DNA of 64,000 nt from Gemmatimonadaceae bacterium (GCA_033763905.1 JANRJP010000093.1:1-64000), one strand, 5' to 3'. Counted from the first letter of the stretch, positions 45,682 through 57,447 are shown. Numbers and translations: made by a program. Notes: generated by a model from the sequence alone, not told the origin.

Positions 45682-46107
45682 TTACGTCCCTTCGGGGCCA
45701 ACCGGTTTGCGGACGCCCTGCATCCAGTCGACGCGCTGCAGACGAGCGGTCGAATCGCGACGGAACTGGATCGCGATCGCCCAATCGCCGGCGGTGAGAT
45801 AGTTGAGCTCGCCGTAGTAGGCGCCCGGCTCCGGACCCGGCAGCAAGGCATCCCACGTGTTGATGCCATCGCGACTCGTGGCGAAGATGCGCCCCTCGCC
45901 ATTCTCGATCGGCGTGCCGGTCTTCTTGTCGCGCACCACCACCTTGTACCGAATCTTCTCGCGCGCGACGGGCGGCATCGGCGTCATCGACACGCGAAAC
46001 GCGAGGTCCTGCGTCCAGTGCCGCAGGTCGCTGGCCTTCTCCTGCTGGGTGCACGCCGCCACACTGGCGGCGAGCACCACACGGGACACAAGACGTCGCA
46101 GCATCAC
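45682..46107 (-). CDS. Lipoprotein with YtkA/FixH-like Ig fold
   Basis: Lipobox VAAC; PVARE, PGAYYG, GDWAIAIQF beta-sandwich-like motifs. Confidence 0.65.
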   Translation of the reverse strand: MMLRRLVSRVVLAASVAACTQQEKASDLRHWTQDLAFRVSMTPMPPVAREKIRYKVVVRDKKTGTPIENGEGRIFATSRDGINTWDALLPGPEPGAYYGELNYLTAGDWAIAIQFRRDSTARLQRVDWMQGVRKPVGPEGT

Positions 46108-47426
46108 GGGGCGAATTCGGTGCCGAGGTGGGTGATCTGCTCCTCACCGATCAGGAAGCGGATCGTGTTCTTGAGCTTGGTCTGCTGGATGAACAGATCG
46201 TGCTCGGGGTGCATCCCCGCGGGCGCCATCGGGCTCTTGAAGTAGAACGAGAGCCACTCCTGCATCCCGCTCAGGCCGGCGCGCGCCGCGAAATCCATGA
46301 ACAGCGCGAGGTCGAGCACGATCGGCGCGGCGAGGATCGAATCGCGGCAGAGGAAGTTGACCTTGATCTGCATCGGGTAGCCCAGCCACCCGGTGATGTC
46401 GATGTTGTCCCACCCTTCCTTGTTGTCACCGCGCGGCGGGTAGTAGTTGATCCGCACGACGTGCGAGAAGTTGCCATAGAGCTCGGGATACACATCCGGC
46501 TGCAGGATGGTGTCGAGCACCGAGAGCTTCGACTGCTCCTTGGTCTTGAACGAGGCCGGATCGTCGAGCACTTCGCCGTCGCGGTTGCCGAGGATGTTCG
46601 TCGAGTACCAGCCGGCGAGGCCCAGCATCCGCGCCTTGATCGCCGGCGCGATCGCGGTCTTCATCCACGTCTGGCCGGTCTTGAAGTCCTTGCCCGAGAT
46701 CGCCACGCCCTTCTGCTCAGCGAGCTGCTGCAAGGCCGGCACGTCGACGCTCAGGTTGGGCGCGCCGTTGGCGAAGGGTACGCCCTCCTGGATGCAGGCC
46801 CAGGCGTAGAGCATCGAGGGCGCGATGCCGTCGTGATTCGCCGCCATCCCGGCTTCGAAGGCCTCGATCGTGCGGTGCACCTCGGTGATCGCCGTGTAGG
46901 CTTCGGTCGAGCCGCACCACACCGCGACGCCGCGGCTCGATCCGTGCGCCTTCATCGTGCTCCGGATGTCCTCGCGCAGCTGCTCGGCAATATCGCGCAG
47001 CGTCTTGCCCGACTTGACGTGCGTGCCGTTGAGTCGCGTGACCCACTTCGGATCGAACGCGGCCTTCATCGGGATGATCGTCGACAGGAATCCGGCGACT
47101 TCGTCGAGGTGCTTGGCGTCGAGCACGCCGGCGTGGCGGGCCGCGGCCGCGGCGTCATCGGGAATCGGATCCCACGCGGCGAAGCGGAGGTCCGCGAGCG
47201 AGGCCAGCGAGATGACGTCCTTGATCTTCGGTGAGCGCCGCTCGCCGCGCTTGCCGAGCCGGATCGTCGCCAGCTGCGACAGCGACCCGATCGGCTCCGC
47301 GTGCCCTCGGCGGATCAGCTCCACCCCCGCGATGAACGTGGTGGCGACGGCCCCGAGACCGGGGAGAAAGACGGTCAGCGGGCCCGTGGCGGGGGCGATC
47401 GTCGGCGGCGTGTTCGGCAGAGGCAT
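46104..47426 (-). CDS. ino1: myo-Inositol-1-phosphate synthase
   Basis: GLGAVATT, WCGSTE, FANGAP, GKDFKTGQT, STNILGNRDG, YYPPRGDNKEGWD, CRDSILAAP, FYFKSP. Confidence 0.95.
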   Translation of the reverse strand: MPLPNTPPTIAPATGPLTVFLPGLGAVATTFIAGVELIRRGHAEPIGSLSQLATIRLGKRGERRSPKIKDVISLASLADLRFAAWDPIPDDAAAAARHAGVLDAKHLDEVAGFLSTIIPMKAAFDPKWVTRLNGTHVKSGKTLRDIAEQLREDIRSTMKAHGSSRGVAVWCGSTEAYTAITEVHRTIEAFEAGMAANHDGIAPSMLYAWACIQEGVPFANGAPNLSVDVPALQQLAEQKGVAISGKDFKTGQTWMKTAIAPAIKARMLGLAGWYSTNILGNRDGEVLDDPASFKTKEQSKLSVLDTILQPDVYPELYGNFSHVVRINYYPPRGDNKEGWDNIDITGWLGYPMQIKVNFLCRDSILAAPIVLDLALFMDFAARAGLSGMQEWLSFYFKSPMAPAGMHPEHDLFIQQTKLKNTIRFLIGEEQITHLGTEFAP

Positions 47427-47434
47427 TGGGGAGG

Positions 47435-48043
47435 TCAGACGGTACGGCGCTGCATCTCGCGCATGCGTTGCGCCACGGTAACCCAGGACGTCAGTGCGAG
47501 CAGGGCAATCACGAACCGCAACACCCAGCCGTCGAAGTCGGTGCCGAAGAAGGCCTGCGGCGCCGCCAACAGCGTGATGCGCTCCGGCCGTTGCAACCAG
47601 CCGGTCTTGAGATCCTGGCCCAGCGACTCGCCGCGGGCCCGGGTGTAACTGGTGACCTGCGCGCCCACCAGCGCGAGCGTGGCCACACCAACCATTGCCG
47701 GGCTGTTCAGCGGCCCCGGCGTCGAGAAAAAGATCGCCAAACCACCCAGCAGGGCGCCATCGGCCACCCGGTCCAGCGTCGAGTCAAAGAACGCGCCGAA
47801 CGTGCTCGCCGTGCCCGTCCGCCGCGCCACGGTGCCGTCGAGCACATCCCACAGCGCGGTCAGCCCCAGGAACCATCCACCGGCCCGAATATGACCGGTG
47901 GCGAACAACCCGCCGGCGATCACGCAACACAACGTGCCGATCACCGTGATGGTGTTCGGCTTCACCCCGCGGGCCACGAGCCAATCGGCGACGGGCCCGA
48001 TCAGCTTGAGGTAGCCGCGGACAATGGCCTGCCAGAGTGCCAC
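47435..48043 (-). CDS. CDP-alcohol phosphatidyltransferase (phosphatidylinositol-phosphate synthase-like)
   Basis: PNTIT, DVLDGTVAR...GAFFDSTLDRVAD signature, SYTRARGESLG, RPER; adjacent to ino1. Confidence 0.9.
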   Translation of the reverse strand: MALWQAIVRGYLKLIGPVADWLVARGVKPNTITVIGTLCCVIAGGLFATGHIRAGGWFLGLTALWDVLDGTVARRTGTASTFGAFFDSTLDRVADGALLGGLAIFFSTPGPLNSPAMVGVATLALVGAQVTSYTRARGESLGQDLKTGWLQRPERITLLAAPQAFFGTDFDGWVLRFVIALLALTSWVTVAQRMREMQRRTV

Positions 48044-48045
48044 GG

Positions 48046-49419
48046 TCAGCGATAGAGCAAGAAGGGCGCAACGCGGCGACGGAACGCCGTCACCGCCGCG
48101 GAGTCACGCGCCAGCACGGCGCGCGGCGATTCGCCCGCCAACAGCGCCTGACGCAGCGCGGCTGGTCCGAAGGTGCGATCGAACCCTTCGTCGCGAACCT
48201 TGAGCGAGTCGGGATGGGCTTTGGCAATCGCCCAGAACAGCGAGGCGAACAACGACACGCTACGCAGCTGCTCACGGTCGGTGACGGTGATGCGCAGCCC
48301 GCGCACCACCCGACCGTCGTACTTGCTGTCCCCCGGCTTCTGCGGGGTGAAATCCTCGGCGGCGAGCCGGACGCCAGCCATCGGTATCGTGTCGAGGAGC
48401 GCCAGCACACGGGCGGGGTTCATCCACGGCGCGCCGATCAACTGGAAGGCCGTCGGCGTACCGCGCCCAACCGACACGTTGGTCGGCTCGAACGCCACCA
48501 TCCCGGGATACAGCATCGCGCTGATGAGCGACGGCATATTCGGGCTCGGGCGGATCCACGGCAGTCCGGTCTCGTCGAACCACGCGGCTCGCCGCCAGCC
48601 GGCCGCTGGCATCACGCGCAGATCGGCGCCAAGCCCGAGCACGCTGTTGTAGAAGCGCGCCATCTCGCCCATCGTGAGCCCGTGCCGTAGCGGCACCGGG
48701 TAGATCGCCGTCGGACGCGCCATCTTGGGCGGCGCGTGGACTTCGTGGTTGGTCAGCGCACTATCGGCGATCGGCCCCTCGACGATGTGCCCGCCGATCG
48801 GGTTCGGCCGATCGAGCACGATGATCCGGAGCTTGTTCTTCGCCGCCGCGCGCAGGGCATAGAGCATCGACGCGGGGAACGTCCACGGCCGAGCGCCCAG
48901 GTCCTGCAGATCGACCACCAGCACATCGACATCACGGAGCAGCGAGTCCGGCGGCGGCATCGGCACGCGACCATACAGCGAAATCACCGCCAGCCCGGTC
49001 TTCTGATCGATCTCGTTGCCGATGTTGATCCGATCTTCGGTGCCGCGGATGCCGTGCTCCGGCGCGAAGAGTCGCACCAGCTGCACCTTGGCCGCCTTCG
49101 CCGCCGGGTCCGCGAAGAGTCGATCGATGTCCGAGATGCCCGCGGCATCGACACCATTCTGATTCGTGAGCAGCGCCACGCGCTTTCCCGCGATCAGGGC
49201 CAGCGAATCCTCGAGCAAGACCGCAATCCCGGGCCGCGTCGGTACCGTCGCGCGGGCCTTCAGCGAGTCCGCCGGAAAGGTGAGGGGCGGCACCGGCATT
49301 CCCTGCGCCGGCGGGGCGGGTCGAACCGCCGGTGCCTGCTCGGCGGACGCGGCGGTGGTACCGGAGCAGCCCCCGAGCAGGGCAAGCGCGACAAGGAACC
49401 GGCGGAGGGGTTGTTGCAT
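48046..49419 (-). CDS. namZ: DUF1343 exo-beta-N-acetylmuramidase NamZ-like lipoprotein
   Basis: Lipobox LGGC; LLTNQ, FAPEHG, SLYG, DLQDLG, LDRPNP, RHGLTMGE, PSPNMP, SVGRGT, FLLY. Confidence 0.85.
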   Translation of the reverse strand: MQQPLRRFLVALALLGGCSGTTAASAEQAPAVRPAPPAQGMPVPPLTFPADSLKARATVPTRPGIAVLLEDSLALIAGKRVALLTNQNGVDAAGISDIDRLFADPAAKAAKVQLVRLFAPEHGIRGTEDRINIGNEIDQKTGLAVISLYGRVPMPPPDSLLRDVDVLVVDLQDLGARPWTFPASMLYALRAAAKNKLRIIVLDRPNPIGGHIVEGPIADSALTNHEVHAPPKMARPTAIYPVPLRHGLTMGEMARFYNSVLGLGADLRVMPAAGWRRAAWFDETGLPWIRPSPNMPSLISAMLYPGMVAFEPTNVSVGRGTPTAFQLIGAPWMNPARVLALLDTIPMAGVRLAAEDFTPQKPGDSKYDGRVVRGLRITVTDREQLRSVSLFASLFWAIAKAHPDSLKVRDEGFDRTFGPAALRQALLAGESPRAVLARDSAAVTAFRRRVAPFLLYR

Positions 49420-49525
49420 AACTGTTAAGTTAGTGCATCATCAACGGATCGGATTAAATCTCGATGAGGTTGTGCGGCGCCTGCGCCGCCCTCCCTTCAG
49501 CGAGTGCAGACCCGCTTGGCAACGC

Positions 49526-49554
49526 TTGTCCGCCGCGTTCCCGAGCGTTACATT
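49526..49554 (+). promoter_or_regulatory. Sigma70 promoter for iscA/erpA
   Basis: TTGTCC - 17 nt - TACATT, about 47 nt upstream of GTG 49602. Confidence 0.6.
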
Positions 49555-49601
49555 CGGATTTAAGCAGGCGGAATCCCTTCCCCATCGACGGAGTCCTCAT
49601 C

Positions 49602-49958
49602 GTGAGCACGATCAACCAGCCCGAAGTCCTGATGACGCTGACGCCCGCAGCCTGCGTCGAGGTCAAGAAGTTCATGGCGAATGACAACGTCGACGCCAAC
49701 GTCGGCGGGCTTCGCGTGAGCGTGCAGCCGGGCGGCTGCTCGGGCTTCAAGTACGGTCTCGTGATCGAAGACGCCGCGGCGGACGACGACCTCGTGATCG
49801 ACGCCGACGGCTTCAAGGTGTTCGTCGACCCCTTCTCGGCGCAGTACATCGGCGGCGTGACGGTGGACTACGTGAGCTCGATGCAGGGCTCGGGCTTCAC
49901 CTTCAAGAACCCGAACGCCACCGGCGGCTGCGGCTGCGGGTCGAGCTTCTCGGCGTAA
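49602..49958 (+). CDS. A-type Fe-S cluster carrier (HesB/IscA/ErpA)
   Basis: LRVSVQPGGCSGFKY, VDYV, FKNPNATGGCGCGSSF; GGAG RBS. Confidence 0.95.
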   Translation: MSTINQPEVLMTLTPAACVEVKKFMANDNVDANVGGLRVSVQPGGCSGFKYGLVIEDAAADDDLVIDADGFKVFVDPFSAQYIGGVTVDYVSSMQGSGFTFKNPNATGGCGCGSSFSA

Positions 49959-49959
49959 T

Positions 49960-50029
49960 CGCCTCGGCGCATCGCGCCGGCGCGGCGGCCTTTTTTCACG
50001 GCCCGCTCCCGTTTCGGGAGCGGGCCGTG
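49960..50029 (+). terminator. Tandem hairpins after iscA/erpA
   Basis: CGGCGC-ATC-GCGCCG hairpin followed by TTTTTT (49991-49996), then a perfect 15-bp stem CACGGCCCGCTCCCG-TTT-CGGGAGCGGGCCGTG (49997-50029). Confidence 0.65.
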
Positions 50030-50043
50030 TTGCTTTCGCCCCC

Positions 50044-51552
50044 GTGACTCTCCTCGACCTCTTCGTTCTCGTCGCCTACCTCGGCGGCACGACTTGGCTC
50101 GGCCTCCGCCTCGGCCGCCAGCAGAAGGATGCACGCGACTACTTCGTCGCCGACCGCGCGATTCCGTGGTGGGCGGTCTGTTTCTCGATCGTCGCGAGCG
50201 AGACGAGCGCGCTCACGTTCATTTCGATTCCCGGGCTGTCGTGGGCGGGCAATCTCGGGTTTCTGCAGGTCGTCGCAGGCTACATCCTCGGCCGGTTCGT
50301 GGTCGCGGCCGTGCTGCTGCCGCGCTACTTCGAAGGGGAAATCGTCACCGCGTACTCGCTGCTTGAGCAGCGCTTCGGCGTGGCCACGCGACGCTTCACG
50401 TCGGTGGTGTTTCTCGTCACGCGTGCGATGGCCGACGCCGTGCGGGTGTTTGCCACGGCAATTCCCGTGGCGCTGATCATCGGTCCGGCCGTCCCGCGCG
50501 AGTGGTCGATGCCGGCTGCCGTGTTGGTGCTGGGCCTGCTGACCGTGCTCTACACCTACAAGGGCGGGATGCGCGCGGTGGTGTACACCGAGCTGGTGCA
50601 GGCTGGCGTGTACGTGCTGGGCGGGCTGTCGGCGCTGTACCTCATTGGCGACGCCGTCCCCGGCGGGTGGACCGCCATTCTTGCGCGTGCCGGCGAGGCG
50701 TCGAAGCTGGCAGTCCTCAACACCAGTGTCGACAAGACGCAGCCGCACACGATCTGGGCGGGGCTTCTGGGCGGCGGCTTCCTTGCGATGGCGTCACACG
50801 GCACCGACCAGTTGATCGTGCAGCGGCTCCTGTCGTCGCGGTCGCTCCGGGACGCGCAGAAGGCCATCATCGGCAGCGGATTCGTGGTCTTCGCGCAGTT
50901 CACGCTTTTTCTGTTCGTCGGCATAGGCCTCTGGGCGCACTACGGGGACCGCGTGTTTTCGGCGCCCGATCAGGTCTTCCCGGCGTTCATCGTCGAGTCG
51001 ATGCCACCCGGACTGCTGGGGCTCGTGCTGGCAGCGATCATCGCCGCGACGATGAGCACACACGCCGGGGCCATCAATTCGCTGGCGGCCGCGTCGCTCC
51101 ACGATTTGTACCTGCCGCTCACCGGGCGTCGCGCCGACGATCCCGCCACCCTGCGGACGGGCAAACTCCTCGCGCTGATCTGGGGCGTGGGGCTCACGCT
51201 GGGGGCGTTGCTGTTCAAGGAGCAGGGCACGCCGGTGGTGGTGATCGCGCTCTCGATTGCGTCGTTCACCTACGGAGGCCTGCTCGGGGGCTTTCTGCTG
51301 GGGATCCTCTGGCGCCGGGCGGAGCAGCGGGACGCGATCGCGGGCATCGGCACAGGCATCTTCGCGATGGCGCTGATCGTGTTCGCGAAGCAGTTGTCGG
51401 AGGCGGTTCCAGCCTTGGCCAGCACCCTGAGCCCCTTCGTGGGGATCGCCTGGCCGTGGTACGTGCTGATCGGGACGGTGATCACCGTGACGACGGGCGT
51501 GCTGGTCTCGTTCCTGCCGCGCGGCGCTTCGTCTGCGGCGCGGCCCCGCTAG
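50044..51552 (+). CDS. Sodium:solute symporter (SSS, SLC5 NIS/SMVT-like)
   Basis: DYFVADRAIPWWA, SIVASETSALTF, YTYKGGMRAVVYT, DQLIVQRLL, AATMST. Confidence 0.92.
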   Translation: MTLLDLFVLVAYLGGTTWLGLRLGRQQKDARDYFVADRAIPWWAVCFSIVASETSALTFISIPGLSWAGNLGFLQVVAGYILGRFVVAAVLLPRYFEGEIVTAYSLLEQRFGVATRRFTSVVFLVTRAMADAVRVFATAIPVALIIGPAVPREWSMPAAVLVLGLLTVLYTYKGGMRAVVYTELVQAGVYVLGGLSALYLIGDAVPGGWTAILARAGEASKLAVLNTSVDKTQPHTIWAGLLGGGFLAMASHGTDQLIVQRLLSSRSLRDAQKAIIGSGFVVFAQFTLFLFVGIGLWAHYGDRVFSAPDQVFPAFIVESMPPGLLGLVLAAIIAATMSTHAGAINSLAAASLHDLYLPLTGRRADDPATLRTGKLLALIWGVGLTLGALLFKEQGTPVVVIALSIASFTYGGLLGGFLLGILWRRAEQRDAIAGIGTGIFAMALIVFAKQLSEAVPALASTLSPFVGIAWPWYVLIGTVITVTTGVLVSFLPRGASSAARPR

Positions 51553-51564
51553 ATTTCCACGGCT

Positions 51565-52488
51565 ATGACGGCAATCGTGATCGGAGTGGACGGCGGCGGC
51601 TCGCAGACGCGCGTGCAGATCGCCAATGAGAACGGCAAGGTGATCGGCTCGGCCGACGGCCCGGGCAGCGCGGTGCGCCCCGGCGCAGCCGAGCTCTCGG
51701 CGGATGTCATCGCGGCGGTGGTCGCCGAAGCGATGGCGCACGCGTCACTGACGGACGTCACGCCACGCGTGCTGGTGGCCGGCGTCGCCGGCACTGGTCG
51801 CGAGGCCGAGCGCGACGCCCTGCGGCAGGCGCTGCGCGGGCGGTCGCTGGCGAGCGACGTCGTCGTGCACACCGACGCCGGCATCGCGCTCGACGACGCC
51901 TTCGGCGACGGCCCTGGCATTCTGCTGGCCGCCGGCACCGGCTCGATCGGGATTGGCCGTTCGCCCGCCGGCCGCACGGCGCGCGTCGGCGGCTTCGGGC
52001 CGGTGATTGGTGACGAAGGCAGCGCGACGTGGATCGGACACCGGGCACTGTCGAGCGTCTGCGCCGCCAGCGACGGCCGCGAGCCCGAGACCGCGCTGAC
52101 CGGAGCGATTCTGACGCATACCGAGTGCGACGACGTGCAGGCGCTGGTGCATTGGGCGGCACACGCGTCGCGTGCCGATCTGGCGGCGCTCACGCCGGTC
52201 GTAGTGCACTGCGCCGAGCAGGGCGATGTGCGCGCCAACACCCTGCTGGCGCTCGCTGTCGAAGAACTGGCGCTGCACGTGCGGGCATTGGCCCGCGAAC
52301 TGTTCGTGGACGAACGCGCCGCCTGCCCGGTGGCGCTGACGGGCGGCCTGCTCGGCCCCCGGTCGTTCCTGCGCCGGAAGCTCGAGCATCGGCTCAAGGG
52401 CTTCGTGCCGGGGGCGGCGGTGAAGTCCGGGGAGATCGTCCCCGTGCGCGGCGCGGTGAAGGCCGCGCTCCGCGCCATCGGCGGCTGA
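51565..52488 (+). CDS. BadF/BadG/BcrA/BcrD-family sugar kinase (GlcNAc/MurNAc kinase-like)
   Basis: GVDGGGSQT, GVAG, TDAGIAL, AAGTGS, GGFGPVIGDEGSA, LTGGL. Confidence 0.88.
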   Translation: MTAIVIGVDGGGSQTRVQIANENGKVIGSADGPGSAVRPGAAELSADVIAAVVAEAMAHASLTDVTPRVLVAGVAGTGREAERDALRQALRGRSLASDVVVHTDAGIALDDAFGDGPGILLAAGTGSIGIGRSPAGRTARVGGFGPVIGDEGSATWIGHRALSSVCAASDGREPETALTGAILTHTECDDVQALVHWAAHASRADLAALTPVVVHCAEQGDVRANTLLALAVEELALHVRALARELFVDERAACPVALTGGLLGPRSFLRRKLEHRLKGFVPGAAVKSGEIVPVRGAVKAALRAIGG

Positions 52489-52496
52489 GGACGGCG

Positions 52497-53726
52497 CTAC
52501 GCGCGATCGGCGGCGGGAGGGGAGAACTCCCCTTCCCACCGCGCCATCACCACGGTCGCGAGGCAGTTGCCCAGCAGGTTCACCGACGTGCGCGCCATAT
52601 CCATCAGCGCGTCCACGCCGAGAATCACCGCAACGGCTTCGAGTGGCAGCCCGAACATCGTGAGCGTGCCGCTCAAGATCACGAGCGACGCGCGCGGCAC
52701 CGCCGCCACGCCCTTCGAGGTGAGCATCAGCGTCAGCATCATCACGACCTGCTGCCCCACACTCATTTCGACGCCGGCCGCCTGCGCGGCGAAGACCGAC
52801 GCCATCGCCAAGTACAGCGTCGAGCCGTCGAGGTTGAAGCTGTAGCCGGTCGGCATCACGAAGGCGATGATGCGCTTCGGCACGCCGAACTCCTCCATCC
52901 GCTTCATCGCGATCGGCAGCGCCGCTTCACTTGAGGCGGTGCTGAAGGCCAGCAGCCAGGGCTCGCGAACCTTCCGGAAGAACTCGCGCAGCGGGACCTT
53001 CGCGATCATCGCGACCGGCACCAAGACCAGCACGATGAAGATCACCAGCGCCCCGTAGAGCGCCAGCACGAGCTTGCCAAGCGACAGCAACACGCCGAGG
53101 CCGCTCTTGCCCACCGTGTACGCGATGGCGCCGGCAATGCCGATCGGCGCGAACGACATCACGTACCCGGTGAACTTGAACATCACCTCGACGATGCCTT
53201 CGAAGAACGCGAGCAGCGTGTCCTTGCCGCGGCTCTGAGGAATCGTGGCCAATCCCGCCGAGAACAGCACCGAGAAGAACACGATCTGCAGCACTTCGTT
53301 GTGCGCGGCGGCGTCGAAGAAGCTGGTGGGAATCGTGTGCTCGAGCACACCACTCAAGGTCACCTTGTTGCTGGCGAACTTGGCGCCTTCTTCGGCCGAT
53401 GCCGTCGAGAGATCGACCCCGAGGCCCGGCTGCACGAGGTTGACCACGACGAGCCCCACGACGAGCGCGAGGGTGGTGACGATCTCGAAGTAGAGGATCG
53501 AGCGCCACGCGAGGCGCCCCACCTTCTTCATATCGTCGCCGTGGCCGGCGATGCCGGTGACCAGCGTGGACAAGATGAGCGGAACGACCAGGAGCTTGAT
53601 CATCCGCAGGAACAGGTTGGACAGGACCTTCGCGCCGTCGGCGGCGCCGGGGAACTGCCATCCCACCAGCGTACCGACCACCATCGCGATAAGAATCCAG
53701 CTCGACAGCGAGATCTTCTTGAACAC
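52497..53726 (-). CDS. Dicarboxylate/amino acid:cation symporter (GltP/DctA family)
   Basis: FLRMIK, FSTASSEAALP, PTGYSFNLDG, SKGVAAVP, DMARTSVNLLGN. Confidence 0.93.
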   Translation of the reverse strand: MFKKISLSSWILIAMVVGTLVGWQFPGAADGAKVLSNLFLRMIKLLVVPLILSTLVTGIAGHGDDMKKVGRLAWRSILYFEIVTTLALVVGLVVVNLVQPGLGVDLSTASAEEGAKFASNKVTLSGVLEHTIPTSFFDAAAHNEVLQIVFFSVLFSAGLATIPQSRGKDTLLAFFEGIVEVMFKFTGYVMSFAPIGIAGAIAYTVGKSGLGVLLSLGKLVLALYGALVIFIVLVLVPVAMIAKVPLREFFRKVREPWLLAFSTASSEAALPIAMKRMEEFGVPKRIIAFVMPTGYSFNLDGSTLYLAMASVFAAQAAGVEMSVGQQVVMMLTLMLTSKGVAAVPRASLVILSGTLTMFGLPLEAVAVILGVDALMDMARTSVNLLGNCLATVVMARWEGEFSPPAADRA

Positions 53727-53735
53727 GGGACTCCG

Positions 53736-55259
53736 TCAGGGCGAGGGCTCGGTGCCATCACTCGGGACCGCTCGTCCCGTGCGCAACACCGAATGCCGGA
53801 AACCGTACACGACGTAGATCGCCAACCCGATCAACAGCCAGACGCCGAACGCCACCCACGCACTCGCCGGCAGGCCCTTCATCACGAAGAGGCAGGCCGC
53901 GACGCCACCGAGCGACACCGGCCACACGAAGGGTACCCGGAACGGCCGCGGACGGTCAGGCTCACGAATGCGCAGGGCGAGCACACCGGCGCACACCAGC
54001 GTGAACGCCGCCAACGTCCCGATGTTGGTCAGATCGTAGGTCGCCGCGTCGTCGGCGACGAGCGCCCCGATTGCGACCAGCACGCCGGTCAGCGCCGTCG
54101 TCACCGTGGGCACGCGTCGTGTGGGGTGCAACTTGGCCGCGAAGCGCGGCAGCAGGCCGTCGCGCGCCATCGCATAGAAGATACGCGGCTGGCCGTACTG
54201 GAAGACCAGCAGCACGGCGGCCATCGACACGACGGCGCCCGCCGAAATGATCCACGAGGCCGTCTCGAGCCCCGCGAGCGTCAACGCCTTCGCAAGCGGG
54301 TCCGCCGACTTGAGATCGGTGTAGGGCACGATGCCGGTCGCGACGAGTCCGACGATGACGTAGATTAGGGTACACACGCCAAGGCCGGCCAGAATGCCGA
54401 TCGGCAAATTGCGCTGCGGATTCTTCGTTTCCTCGGCGGCCGTCGAGATGGCGTCGAAGCCGATGTACGCGAAGAACACGATCGCGGCGCCCTGGTGGAT
54501 GCCGCGGAACCCGTTCGGCGCGAAGGGTGTGTAGTTCGCGGTGTCGATGTGCTGCGCTCCGACGATCACGAAGATCGCGAGCACGAGCAGCTTGATCGCC
54601 ACCATTACGTTGTTCGCGCGCTTCGATTCCTTGACCCCGAGCAGCAGCAGCCAGGTGATCAGCGCCACGATCGCGAACGCGGGCAGGTTGAGCAGCACCG
54701 GAATGCCCGCCACCTGCGGCGCGCTGTCCATCAGCGCGTGAATGGCAGGGTCCGAGGACTTCGCCACCTGGAAATAGCCGTGTGTCAGCCAGCCGGGCAA
54801 CGCGACGCCGAAGCCTGAGAGCAGCGACACGAAATAGCCGCTCCACGCGATCGCGACGGCCACGTTCCCGACCGCGTACTCCAGAATGAGATCCCAGCCG
54901 ATGATCCACGCGAGGATCTCGCCGAGCGTGGCATAGCTGTAGGCGTACGCGGAGCCGGCCTGCGGAATCATCGCGGCCAGCTCGGCGTAACAGAGGGCCG
55001 CCAACCCGCAGACGGCCCCCAGCAACAGGAAGGACAGGATGAGCGCCGGGCCGGCGCCGTAGCGCACCACCGTGCCGTCGGCGAGCGTCTCGCCCGCCGC
55101 GGCGGTGCCCAGCGATGCGAAGATGCCGGCGCCAATCACGGCGCCGATCGACAGCATCACCAGGTCCAGTGCGCCCAGCTCCCGCTTGAGCCCGCCAGCC
55201 TCGTGCCCGTCAGGCACGAGGTCGGCGATGGGCTTGCGGGCGAAAAGGGAGACCTTCAC
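53736..55259 (-). CDS. APC-family amino acid permease (cationic amino acid transporter-like)
   Basis: GAVIGAGIF, CYAELAAMIPQAGSAY, FFAYIGFDAISTAAEETKNPQRNLP, PRIFYAMARDGLLP. Confidence 0.93.
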   Translation of the reverse strand: MKVSLFARKPIADLVPDGHEAGGLKRELGALDLVMLSIGAVIGAGIFASLGTAAAGETLADGTVVRYGAGPALILSFLLLGAVCGLAALCYAELAAMIPQAGSAYAYSYATLGEILAWIIGWDLILEYAVGNVAVAIAWSGYFVSLLSGFGVALPGWLTHGYFQVAKSSDPAIHALMDSAPQVAGIPVLLNLPAFAIVALITWLLLLGVKESKRANNVMVAIKLLVLAIFVIVGAQHIDTANYTPFAPNGFRGIHQGAAIVFFAYIGFDAISTAAEETKNPQRNLPIGILAGLGVCTLIYVIVGLVATGIVPYTDLKSADPLAKALTLAGLETASWIISAGAVVSMAAVLLVFQYGQPRIFYAMARDGLLPRFAAKLHPTRRVPTVTTALTGVLVAIGALVADDAATYDLTNIGTLAAFTLVCAGVLALRIREPDRPRPFRVPFVWPVSLGGVAACLFVMKGLPASAWVAFGVWLLIGLAIYVVYGFRHSVLRTGRAVPSDGTEPSP

Positions 55260-55260
55260 C

Positions 55261-57447
<2,187 letters not shown>

